64,000 nucleotides of DNA from Ostrea edulis. Taxonomy: Eukaryota. Shown piece after piece: positions 38,101 to 49,858 of the stretch; the stretch's first letter is position 1; each line of letters opens with the position of its first letter. The stretch is from the NCBI RefSeq assembly GCF_947568905.1, contig NC_079164.1, positions 111,228,001 to 111,292,000 on the forward strand. Direction: 5' to 3'. The notes below the pieces were generated by a model, which saw only the letters and a program-made list of their open reading frames with translations, made no database searches and had not been told where the DNA came from. A program made the translations under genes and the position numbers.

Positions 38101-38593
38101 ATTAATTCTTAATAAATGCGAAATTATTGGTTTTTGTACTGATTTGAATGGGTATTAAATGGAAATTGAAACCACATCAGATATGCCGCACAGGGGCAAA
38201 AACTGCAGGTATTCGCGGAAAGCTTTTCTGGTGCAGAAATATAATGGTTTGAACACCAAATTAATTAAAGAAACATTTATATACTGGTAATAGTGATTTC
38301 TTATTTCTGTCTCCAACTTCCTTCATTGTGGCGAATTTCAAGATTTTTTTTTTATATATTTGTTAGAGTCTCGCGTGCATTCGAAAAAAAAATGATGACA
38401 TCAAAGGCAGCTCAAATTCAAAACACTGAATTTTATGCGAAGTTTGGGTTATCACCAATGTAATTCTTCACGAATCGGTACACAATAGAATTCATCGGTA
38501 TTTGTTTTTAATTGGCATACGCAATATTCCATATATGTATATTCTCAATAGTATATGCATGGTATGAAGTTGGAGCAAAATGTCATTTCATAG

Positions 38594-38683
38594 GTATACT
38601 CAGGAAAAAACGCAGTGTTTCTGAGAAAGTAGAAACACAACTTCAAAGGGAAGATAATTATGAAACGGTTATGGTTATCAGTG
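38594..38683 (+). CDS. Receptor exon with a single tyrosine motif (GILRKKRSVSEKVETQLQREDNYETVMVIS)
   Basis: tgtcatttcatag|GT...AGTG|gtagga, phase 1-1, 90 nt, with acidic context EDNYETV. Confidence 0.75.
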
Positions 38684-39115
38684 GTAGGACATTCGCTTCG
38701 TAACCGGGAGGTATAGTGTGTTCGAACCCGGCTCATGACATGCCACGTCGAACCTGAGACATATACATGTGCTCTTCGACAAATGCTCGACAAAAGTGAG
38801 AATCACGGGTCTTTCAGATAGGCACTTGATGCCACCTCGACTGTGTCCAGGGGTCCGTGTTTGCCCTACTCTTTAATTTGTATTCTTTATAGAAATTACG
38901 CAAGTTCGAATTCATCACTATTCGATATCTTCAGCTTTTCGTGACCTTCAAAAAGGAGGTCCTGTGTCACAACAGGTGTTGGCACGTTAACAAAAATCAA
39001 TGCTATAGCCTTATGTGCTAAGCATAGGTTTTATATGTGGTACTTCACATACAGCTGATGATTTCTCAATTTGAGCGAAAAGTTCTCGAAAGGACGTAAA
39101 ATAAACAAACAAAAC
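38672..39115 (+). mobile_element. tRNA-derived SINE interrupted by a Naiad 3'UTR piece (38821-38940)
   Basis: Head tcagtggtaggacattcgcttcg...gttcgaacccg. The body breaks at ggtctttcagat and resumes at gtgacc...gtgtcacaacaggtgttggcacgttaa. Tail gaaaggacgtaaaataaacaaac. Confidence 0.7.
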
Positions 39116-39135
39116 ATGAAAAACTTTTAAAGTCA

Positions 39136-39141
<6 letters not shown>

Positions 39142-39200
<59 letters not shown>
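39142..39200. repeat. (CT)n microsatellite
   Basis: Perfect dinucleotide run. Confidence 0.99.
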
Positions 39201-39205
<5 letters not shown>

Positions 39206-39924
39206 TATATCATGCCTCAAACAGACCATCTCTCATATACATATTCACACACACTCTCACTCACCACTATCAGGCTTCTCCACAAAAAAATCGTCAATGT
39301 GTTCGGTACTGTACAACTGAGCGATACAAAGCTGGTACACCCCAACACTTGGTTTGAGCAATTTAGTGTCATTGTATCCACTTTTGCCCAAAGAAACCCT
39401 CTTAAAAGTTGTAAAATACAAAAATCATTCGATAGTTTATACAAGAGAAATAAAACTTAAAGACTTGCTAACCAACCCCTGCCCCATGATAAAAGTAAAC
39501 CATTCAAATATAAACTGCATTTTCTCATTATGCAAGTATATACATACATCGTATATTTATCTCGAATGGAGAAAATTTGACTTAAAATTTTGACGGAATG
39601 CTCAATACTGAGAATCTCAATATTATATTTGTATATATCCATATGTTGTGTATTCGCATTGTGTAGGCCTAACTCCCCTCCCCCGGACTGCATTTTATAG
39701 TAGTAGAGAAAGATAGATGAAATGTAATTGTAAGTGATACATTGGATACATGTAATCAACCCACTCCATTGACCAATGATACCAAAATCCCTATTTTTGT
39801 GTTTGTCAATGTTTTCGAGAAGTCACCCCCCCCCCTTTTTTTTGGTTGAAAAAAACGATCTATGCGCCTATAATCTTGTAAATTAAAATACATATCGTAA
39901 TACAAGTAACACATATGGAGCAAA

Positions 39925-40263
39925 TTAGTGTTTGTACAAAGACCTATGGAGATCGAAGGTTTGATGTAACAGCTGCCACACTATGGAACAGCTTACCGAT
40001 AGACACCCGTTCGTGTGGTACTGTCAAAAGTTTTAAGACAAACCTCAAAACATATCTTTTTATGAAATCTTATAACCATATTTTGTAATATATTCTTTTT
40101 TAAAGTAAAGGCTGGTTTGTCGCATGAACTCGTAATGTTTAAATTGTTTTATTTTATTGGATGTTATATTTTATGCTCTGATTAATCTTATGTTTTACAT
40201 TTTACATTGTTAAAGCGCTTAGAGTAATTACAAATTATATAAATGCCGCACATTATTATTATT
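39925..40263 (+). mobile_element. L2-type LINE 3' end
   Basis: TKTYGDRRFDVTAATLWNSLPIDTRSCGTVKSFKTNLKTYLF, then aaagcgcttagag...ataaatg and an (att)n tail. Confidence 0.75.
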
Positions 40264-40496
40264 TATCTTTCAGGCACCTCAATCATACCATTTAAAAATA
40301 ATTTTAATGAGTAACATATATTCCTTCTAGGACTAATGCAAGTAAAAAGTGCCTTGCAAGAAATGTATATTAATCCTTATCTTAGCTACACAAACTTTTT
40401 TTGTTTTGTATTGTGTTTTCAAAAATGAAAGTGAATTCGTGTTCCGAAATAGTTTTGTAACCATTGCAGATATATTAAAACACGGAAGACCCCCAG

Positions 40497-40660
40497 TGCC
40501 ATTCGTTTTTAAGGTGATTTCCGATCACCTGATGCCGAGCGTTTGGCGATGGAACTGTCACTACCAGTTTTAACGACTTAGGTCTGTCGCGGCCGGGATT
40601 CAAACCCCGGGCCTTCCGCATGCGAGGCGAACGCTCTAACCGCTCGGCCACCTCGGCGGT
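40497..40660 (-). mobile_element. Well-preserved 5' part of the tRNA-derived SINE family
   Basis: Minus strand gccgaggtggccgagcggttagagcgttcgcc...gtttgaatcccggccgcgacagacctaagtcg matches 7980-8110. Confidence 0.85.
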
Positions 40661-41272
40661 GTATATTTAGAGATAGTGTGCGTAAAATTCTATATTCGTG
40701 AATAACCATCGTAAACTTTCTGACAAATAAATTGTTGTCTTTGAAAAATATAAAATGTTACACTCGCACTAAATACGTCACTGATGTACGTACGTACCTA
40801 GGTGGATATTGTCGTCTGCTGTTACATGTAATATACCACATGCCGTTTCCCATTTAATCAAATGAATGTGAATGGTAAAAAACAATGCTTGAATCTTCAA
40901 GGAATATATTATTTATTAAAAGAATCGTCCATCGTTATATAAACTATTTAAATGTAGTTTGCCTGATATGTAACATAAATTCTCACGAATCGTCGGTTGG
41001 TGCTATTTATACACCGTTCTGTTTACGCTATAGTCATAACAACAAAAATGGCATCCGGTCTGTAAGATAGGCTTAAATTTATCCGGATTTTTATTATTAT
41101 TATGATGATTTTAATAAATGTCAATGTGTTTAAATAAATAACTATATGAACATATATTATTTGAAAATATATTTACTACTCAAGTGATTCTCGTTTCCTC
41201 TTCAACCGCCACGATCAACGCAAATTGCGTCACGATGGCGAATTTGTTAGCATCTTTCAACTGATATTTTAA

Positions 41273-41376
41273 CCCCTCTTCCATCGTCGCCCGGGATAAA
41301 ACTAAGAAGAATTGTAAGTTATTTAGTAAATTTTTAATCCATATAAAAATTATTCCCGGCGACGAGGGAAGAGGTG
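41273..41376. repeat. Short inverted-repeat (MITE-like) element
   Basis: cccctcttccatcgtcgcccgggataa pairs imperfectly with ttattcccggcgacgagggaagaggtg across an AT-rich spacer. Confidence 0.55.
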
Positions 41377-42319
41377 TTCAATTTCACAAGTTCATCAATA
41401 CAAAAACCATGAAAACACCACAAATAGCCTGAAAGTCCTTACTTTATTTGATTATGTACTACGCATGCGCGTAGATGAGTTGATTTACATACGCTTTTGA
41501 GAGTTACTATAAGTTACTTTTTTAGGAATTTGACAGGAAAATATCTGCAACGCAAAATAATTTTCCTCCATAAACGCCGGGCAGAATTTGGCCAAAACCG
41601 TACCTACTCCTTTAAAGGGGCATATTTGCTGTGAAAGTGATGGCAACAATTTCTATCTCTCAAAATATCCCAATGGCAAAGGAATATGTATTACTGACTA
41701 ATAAAAATATTTCGTTTGTAAAAGAAAAAACAAAAACAAAAAAACAAGAGAAACCTAATAAAACTACATTTGATAACCGCTTTTAGTGTAAAGAAATATA
41801 TTAAGAAAAATTATTCGCTTGCAAGATAATACTTATTTAATCACCAAAATTATATATTCATTTGCTTGCTTTGAGATTAAAAGGTGTTTGAAATAACTGA
41901 ATACTTGTGTTATTACTGAAATATATAATATAGAACAATTTTTATTGAATTCAAATTTTGGTGACAACATTACAGCTAATGTCCCTTTAAAATTATTTTG
42001 GAAATCATGCAAGAATTCTTCATATCGAGGAGATAAAAAATAATTTCAGAGAAACATAGTGTATGTCCTTAGATTGGTTAAATTTCTATTCGCCAAAAAG
42101 GTGAAGAGATGCTAGACAGACAGGTACAAAACATGCAAAATAGACAAACTTTGATCATAAAAACTCATAAATTTATGTTCTTAAGTCTTTGCCTAAGGTT
42201 TTAATCATCAATGCATTAAGAAAATCATTACATGTACCATAATTTATTTTGATTTTTTAAAACTTTGTAAGTACAGAAATGATTATGTGTACAAACAGTG
42301 GATATTAAAATTATTGTGC

Positions 42320-42976
42320 CAGGAACGGCCTAACAATCGGTATGAAACAAGTCAGTGAATATAGCAATATTCCATTATCACCTGCATATGGTGTTTATTT
42401 ATCTCAACTGATTCGATACGAAGAAGCTTGTTCTGTGTATGGTCAGTGTTTAGATCGAAGCAGGCTACTGACAAACAACTTGATGGTGGAGGGGTTTCGT
42501 CAGTCTTGTTTAAAGTCCACATTTCGCAAATTCTATGGTCGTTATAACAATCTAATTTGCCAATACAACATACCATTGGGTCATATTCTTTTTGAAGTGT
42601 TTCATGCCGATTGTTAGGCCGTTCTCGGCACAATGATTTTGACTATGGATAGGTATGTTTAACTGATCATGATATAGGGTTCACGGTCAGTTTGAATATA
42701 TTGAAAAAAAATCCGGGGTAAATGGAAAAATAGGATATTAAAATCAATTTTAACACAATAATTGTGCATTAACTTATTAAATACATTGTTTTAATTTATG
42801 ATAATATCCGTTTAGATGATCAGGAAATAGGGCTCACGGCGGGTGTGACCAGTCGACAGGGGATGCTTACTACTCCTAGGCACCTGATCCCACCTCTGGT
42901 GTTTCCAGGGATCTGTGTTTACCCAACTATTTATTTTGTATTGGTTATAGGAGTTATGAGATTGATCGTTGTTCGT
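42320..42976 (+). mobile_element. Naiad-type 3' end with an inverted 5' piece and an internal interruption
   Basis: 42320-42357 is antisense Naiad sequence joined directly to a sense copy starting SNIPLSPAYG. About 130 bp of AT-rich sequence interrupts the UTR at 42687-42815. Confidence 0.85.
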
Positions 42977-44529
42977 TATTTTCACATTTAATTTTCATTT
43001 TGAAAAATAAGATACCAAAATATCGTAGATAATCATACGGAAAAGGTAGAATTAGATGTTTTAAATACATTTATATCGGGATTGAAGTTCCCATTATAAC
43101 GAACCCATTTGTATACACTACTATTGTGCCGACGATTTTTTGAGTCGTTTTTCTGTCAACGTGTGCAAGTTGTAGTGACGATGTTATGTTGTTGTTACTG
43201 ATCAGTAGTTATTAACACTAACGGTCGATTGAACTTGATATACAACACCGCGTAAACAAGACAGGACCCAATATTTCTTTGTTAGGCCCAGAGGCCAGGG
43301 GCTCAGTTTTAGGGTGTTTTGCACAGGGAATTGTCATGTTTAAAGAAAAAAGTAATTCTTCTCAGAGAAAGAATGTTTATGACCCCCTCCACCACATCCG
43401 AAGATTACTACTTTTTTATACATGGTCATATGACTTAAGGTAGTTCCAAACTCTTGTGAAATCCATATTCACCTATAAATAAGTATCTTTTGAAATTTAG
43501 TAATCTAATTAAATAAACCCCAATAATACTGTACAAATATTCAATGATGTTATGATTTAATAAACTCTCTATGAACTCGTTTATCTTGTTTTACCATAAC
43601 TGAATTATTATTACAAAATGAATCACTGTTGAGAGTTGCTCGTTCAGGGAGTTACTACTTTAAGGTCACCTTAGCTAAGTTTTTCCCAACCTACGTCACT
43701 GTTTATCAGTACTCTCAGTACCAGTGCTTTGATAAGTTGTCTTTTATTTACAAACGGAAAATATTGTTGTTGTCTCTATTTTTTGACTTGGAAAGACAAA
43801 TATGATGTCACAATGCTCTCTCGGCTGGCGTTATATTCCACGTGTTAAATGAATATGCAGATTATGTAATTCTCCTCATATGTTCCCTCTTTAATATTTG
43901 GACATTACTGAGCGTTGTGCACAAGGCAAATTTTATAGGCAATGAATATTTTCAAGTGAAAGGCTATTTCCACTTCTAATATTTATCGTACTTAATTAAC
44001 TGAATTCTTGCATAAATGATTTTCACTTAGAACGTCAATTACCATTTCATGCTTCGCGCGGTCCAACAGTCACATCGGATATGCATATTAATGATAATGA
44101 TAAAATAATAATCATGGTACCGTTGGTTGCTGTGGGAGCAGCAATGTGATAATCACAGTTTCAAACAAAATAATAAGCAATCAGAGACATGCTCGTCGGA
44201 GACTAGCTGATGAAGAGCAAATTACTTGACTCAAATGTGTAATCTCGTCGATGCAACGCGCTTTCAAATTCTCATTTGAACTTCAATGCCAAAATAATTA
44301 GAAAGGTAGAAAGAGCTACATAAAAATGGTTCACACTGTGAGTGTAACCGAAGAAAAACTCAAGGTTACCCATTAGAAAACTATATGAAATGAAAATTTA
44401 ACGAAAACAACACAAAATATGTTACTTCACCATGTAACGTAAATAATACAAAATATAGTGGTTCAACAACAGGACTTGGTATATTGTGTAACCGTTATTA
44501 GTTTTCAGCTAAGACGGATAATCTAAAGG

Positions 44530-44770
44530 CACGGCTTCTTCTTCAAACGCTCGACATTCAGCAGTGAGAGTTGCAAGTCTTTACGGTGGGCTTTAATAAC
44601 TAACATCCCCTGTCACGGCAAGTGTTGTTATGATAAAGAACCCTCACTGCTAAAGCCTTTTAAAAGCGCCATGCATCAATCGAAATTGATGGCGCTTCAC
44701 AAACAGTTGGTGATATTTCCATATCAATAGAAAAAATCAGAGCGATGTAAAAAAAACAAACAAAAAAACA
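44530..44770 (+). mobile_element. Diverged tRNA-derived SINE body
   Basis: caaacgctcgacattcagcagtgagag...cccctgtcacggcaagtgtt...gataaagaaccctcactgc...A-rich tail. Confidence 0.6.
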
Positions 44771-45121
44771 ACTGACAAATTAGTTCAAGGAAGGTTTATG
44801 TATGAGCAAAGTGACTCAGGTGTGTTTTGGGATCATTGGTCTCTAATTAAGTTTATTCAAAAACATGGATGAGATTTGCAATCCCGCAACCTTCTCGTGA
44901 CGTTTAGTTTAATTAGTTAATAAAATGCTCAATATAATACATTCTAAACAATGAAATTGAATATCTAAAAAAAATAGAAAATTCAGGATTAAATCGTGAT
45001 TTTGAACTTAACGGGACTGGGTTAAACTCATATCCTAACTAAGTTCTAACTTGTCAAGGTGAAGTCGATCCCAATCGCATTCATGCAATGGAATTAATTT
45101 ACATTTCCTGATCAAACAGAT

Positions 45122-45190
45122 TCAGGACAATGAAAGGTGAAAATAACAATAGTGATCAATCTCATAACTCCTATCAGGAATACAAATTAA
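45122..45190 (-). mobile_element. Naiad-type extreme 3' fragment
   Basis: gaaaggtgaaaataacaatagtgatcaatctcataactcctat. Confidence 0.7.
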
Positions 45191-45480
45191 ATTCAATTGT
45201 TGAGCGTAATGTGATACGCTTTAGTTCTGTTTTCATTTCTCTTTTTTACTAATTTGTACAGAAATTCTCGTTACATCATTATATTACTTTCATGTGATTT
45301 CATTTAATGTCGCGCTCTAGTTTACTACTACATGCCTTCTACTTTCAATTTTTTGGGCATCGGATGTATGATTATGTTCATGTTATTTTTATTCAAAAAA
45401 AGATAACTGATCATTCACAATTCCTTTGCTATGTACTCTAACAATAAAATATATCAATGAAATGAAAGTTGATTTTCCAG

Positions 45481-45560
45481 ATCAGAGAGATCAGACTTAC
45501 TACAACTCCCAGACGGTAACGCCCACTGATGTGTACGTCAACACCCCATTTCAGAACTAG
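45481..45560 (+). CDS. Receptor terminal coding exon (DQRDQTYYNSQTVTPTDVYVNTPFQN*)
   Basis: gttgattttccag|AT, phase 1, open to TAG at 45558-45560, with two YxN motifs. It closes the 10-exon model in frame (857+1 nt = 286 codons including the stop). Confidence 0.75.
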
Positions 45561-45732
45561 TCAAATGAGGTAACGCCCACTGATGTGTACGTCAACACCT
45601 CATTTCAGAACTAGTCAACTCCCAGACGGTAACGCCCACTGATGTGTACATCAACACCTCATTTCAGAACTAGTCAACTCACAGACGGTAACGCCTACTG
45701 ATGTGTACGTCAACACCTCATTTCAGAACTAG
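45503..45732 (+). repeat. Four-copy minisatellite (59, 54, 59, 58 bp) made from the end of the coding exon
   Basis: Unit caactcccagacggtaacgcccactgatgtgtacgtcaacacc(c/t)catttcagaactagt. Confidence 0.97.
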
Positions 45733-47084
45733 CCACGTGATAGTCATGTGAACTCTAGAAGATACTTACGATTTCTTGTGGGGTTTTTTCTGGTTGTGTG
45801 CTCGTGGGTGAAAATATATAAAAGCAAGGCACTGTTTATTGAACAAACTACTGTCATGCATGTGCATCTAATGCTACGGAGAATGATTTTCTTGGCAATT
45901 TATTAATGTTAGAACTTTTAAAAGTTATTCAATTTTTTTTAAATGAATGAAGGCGTCTTTCTGAAAAAAAATAATTATTTACTTTTTGACTATATTTGAA
46001 TGATAATATCACCTATACATTATCTAAACACAAATAATATTCATGTATTGTTTCTTTATATCCGTCGCATATTGCTCATAATGTATGACAATTTTATACA
46101 TCATTGAAATGGGGAGAACTATCTAAAGTTTTGAACTTATGCATACTCCTTTTGATGTTTTTGTCAATAGAATATGTTCAGTTAAAATTGATCAACCTAA
46201 TAAATGGTTTTAGCAGAATGTTGATACGCGTAACTATTAGTCTTAAGAATTATAAGATCATTACATTCATAATATTAACTGTTTTGTATACAAACTCAAT
46301 ACACCAGTTTCGAGATACGTTCGAGTTATTTCCCTTTGAATAACTCTCGTACATAGTAAGGCGCGAAACAACTTGTTCACATACGGGAGTGGGACGAATA
46401 TTCATCACTGCATAAGTAAATGTATTTTTCTCATACGCTGTTTCATCACCCGAATTCAACTGATACACAGATTAAATAAGTGATAAGTATTCAAGGAATA
46501 ATTAAATACATGGAATCCTTATTATATCACGAATTTCGTTGGTAATAGGTATCATATCAAGAATACTGCTTTCAAATATGTCATTGTTGTTATGTTTCTA
46601 ATTTAGTAAAACATTTCTTTCGATAGTATTTTGTATTTCCTAAATTTAGATATCTAAAGAGAAGCCGCTTTTAATACATTTCATCGTCTTCCTCACTGTC
46701 TGTAGGTTCACTCTGTCCCACTTAGGCCTTAAAGTTTTACTAAATCTACCTCTTACACAGGCGAGCTCTTATTTCGAAACTGGCGTATTGATAGATGTTT
46801 AATATTGTTATTTCATTTACTGAATGGTGAAGTTGATACTCAATTCTTTCTTTGGACTTTTCGTTCGCGTTGTTGCACTCTTAAATTAGCTGTTTTTTTA
46901 CTTCATCACTAACATATTCATCACATTCCGATTAAACACTCTCTGTAAACAAAATATGTTTCACTTTTTATGCGACTCAGAGGAGATACAATTCGCAAGG
47001 TACGGTTATGATATCTAAGCAACTTCATATCCAACTGTCGGACGAGAAATTTGGTTTTGATGCAATATTCCTGACTTGACAATA

Positions 47085-47355
47085 CTTATAATAAATAATT
47101 GATCGATTGTGTATTGTCCCTTTCGAGAATATTTCGCTCATATGGAGACGTCACAAATGCTGATGAAGGGCTGCAAAATCTAGGCCTATGCTCTGTGTTT
47201 GCGGCCCTTGAACAGGGATGGAACTTTATCGTGCCACACCTGCTGTGACACGGGACCTCGGTTTGTGCGGTATCATCCGAAAGATCGCCTCCTTTAGTCA
47301 TCTCTTACGACAAGCAAGGGGTACTGAGGACCTATTCTAACCTGGATCCCCTCGT
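47085..47355 (-). mobile_element. tRNA-SINE-related element, 3' part
   Basis: tttatcgtgccacacctgctgtgacacgggacc is the reverse complement of the conserved central motif; atatggagacgtcac is shared with 8250-8265. Confidence 0.7.
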
Positions 47356-47904
47356 GACATATTCATAACGATATGAAGTATAGCAATGATGATAATCCTC
47401 ATAACCTTTATATATCTATCCAGATTAAACAAAATAGAATACTAATTTTCATTGTAGTTATTCATTCAAGTATGGATATTAGTATAAAATGATGAAAATA
47501 AGTTACCTTTCAGCTTTCTAAATGGTATAGTTTCATCTTGTGTATACCACCACAAAGTGAGCATTTAACTATATATGTATCAAAGTATGAATACACAATG
47601 AAAGGTATAGATAACGAATAATTTGAAACCATTAAAAAGTGCCATGGCAAAATTATATAGGTATTAAAGTATGAATACACCTTAGAGAATAACCTTTTTT
47701 CCTCTCTCTTTCTCTCTCTTACAAACAAACACAATGTACATGATAAATAACTGACTCGAAAATTGTGGTCCCTAAAGATCTACTTTATCAGTAGTTAACA
47801 TACCTCTCCATCTGATATATTGTCATTATTTAAAACCATTTAAAAGTATTATGGCGAATTCCAACAGTTATCAGTAATAAATATGTGTAAAAGAACTTTA
47901 CGAA

Positions 47905-49200
47905 AGGTGAATACAACGAACAGTGATCAATCTCATAACACTATAAGCAATACAATATAGATAGTTGGGCAAACACGGATCCCTGGACACACCAGAGGTG
48001 GGATCAGGTGCCTAGGAGGAATAAACATCCCCTGTCGACCGGTCACTCCTGATCAGGTACACGGAGTTATCAGTATGCCAAGAACGGCCTAACAATCGGT
48101 ATCAAACACGTCACACAGCATTTGCCCTAATAATAGGTTGTATTGACAAACTAGACCGTGATAACAACCATAGAATTTTCGAAATGCTGACTTCAATCGA
48201 GACTGTTGAAACTGTAGACGACTCTGTGCAGGTGTATAAATTGTTGAATAAATTATGCTTTAAATGAATATAGAAACAGGTCAGCTAACAAAGGAGCACA
48301 ATTCGTGTCCATGGGAATTCCAACGGACTGTTGGAAGACCTGATCACCAAAGACCACGAGGATATTGTCAATGAGAAACTCTAGTATATTTTTATTTCAA
48401 CTTCAGAGTACTTGTGCGTGAAATCAGATTAGTGTTTAACAAAGTAAGTTTTTGGATGACTGATCACTAGATATGAATATTCGCCTTTTCCATTTTTGTT
48501 GAAGAAGCAACTCTATATGATGTCAAAAAATCTAGTCTTTAATCTATCGTCAGGAATGGTCGTGTAAAGTGTTGAAAAGTCATACGGTTTGATGTTGTTG
48601 ATTTGAGAAAAAATTGCGATTTCAAATTTACTAAAAGCTCTTCAGGATTTTTCATAATCCACATTTGATTTACACCACTTTTGGCATATGTTGTGGTACA
48701 GTACGTTTGAATTGTATCCTTCACAGCTGTTGATATTTTCGCGATAAGCAAAGATAGAGGCTTGGTAGAGCACTTACTGGATCCAGCAATGTATCTTCGT
48801 AAGATTTTTAATGAAATCTAGGAATTCAGTATAGGTAAAGTAGCTCATATTCATCCGACTCATTAAATGATAGGTCGTATTGGCAAACTAAATCATTATA
48901 ACGGCCAAAGAATTTGCGAATTTCTAACTATAAACGAGACTGTTGGAATCTTTGCAACATAAACTGGTTTGTCAGTAACCTGCGTCGACTTAAAAAAATA
49001 TGATCCTACGCAGAGCAAGATCTTGCGTACCGAATTTGTTGAAATATATGCACACCATATGCAGGTGATAATGGAATATTGCTACATGTGCATAAATATG
49101 GGAAGTTGACGATGAAAAAGCAGAAATGATCCCGTTTATCATAAGATTGAGTTGTGAGTTTACCATTACTATCTAATCCCAATAAAATATCTAAATATCA
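47905..49200 (-). mobile_element. Head-to-tail tandem of Naiad pieces
   Basis: On the minus strand, an RT-thumb piece (49200-48870) is fused to an RT-fingers/palm piece (48865-48240), then after a deletion to thumb plus 3'UTR (48240-47905). Confidence 0.85.
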
Positions 49201-49684
49201 AAACGGAGTTCACTTGCGTCGGCACGTTAAAAAACAATGGTACGGACGTAAGCGTTGAGCATCTGAGACTATATGTGTGGTACTTGACCTACAGCTGTTG
49301 ACATCTGAATGAAAAATTATCGACGGGACTTAAAGCAAATAAACAAACAGTGTCGTGTTTTAAATGTGGTATGTACATGTAGGGGCAGATTAGGATAGGA
49401 AATAAAATGGTAGACTCGAAATTTTAAAAGTGGCGGAAGTTTTAAAATAGCCACATATACCTCATTAAATTTTCAAAGTAGTCTAATGTCAACAAAATTT
49501 GGAAATCTGACAACTCTATTAGGATTTGATATTTTGACATTCTCATCAATAATTACTCTGTAGATATCTGACATTTAGTAATGTAGTTGTAAATGAAAGC
49601 AGATATATTTTTATTAGTGTGCCCAGAGCATATATCCTTATGCATACAGTTACCTATATGATTATAGATAGTTCAGTATAGTCG

Positions 49685-49858
49685 AATCCCGCTCGCGCCG
49701 GTAAGTGAGAAAGTTTCCCAGTATACTGTCGGAGGGTCGGTGGTCTCTTCCCAGATACATTGTATCTGGGTTCTCTTTTCCACCAATAAAAAAACTGGGT
49801 GCCACCAGATAACTGGAAAATTGTTGAGTGTGGCGGAAAACATCAATCAATCAATCAT
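49685..49858 (+). mobile_element. SINE remnant of a second family
   Basis: gtcgaatcccgctcgcgcc (B-box-like), ggtggtctcttcccag, and ccaccagataactggaaaattgttgagtgtggcg followed by (caat)n. Confidence 0.55.

Noticed and set aside
40580-40660. tRNA gene (also tRNA-like heads at 7980, about 36955-37015 and about 37735-37805)
   Set aside because: A and B boxes are present, but the sequence runs into a SINE body shared by several copies and I cannot close an acceptor stem. These are SINE heads.
45503-45732. CRISPR array (also considered for 55337-55690)
   Set aside because: Units are contiguous tandem repeats with no unique spacers, there are no cas genes, and the context is eukaryotic.
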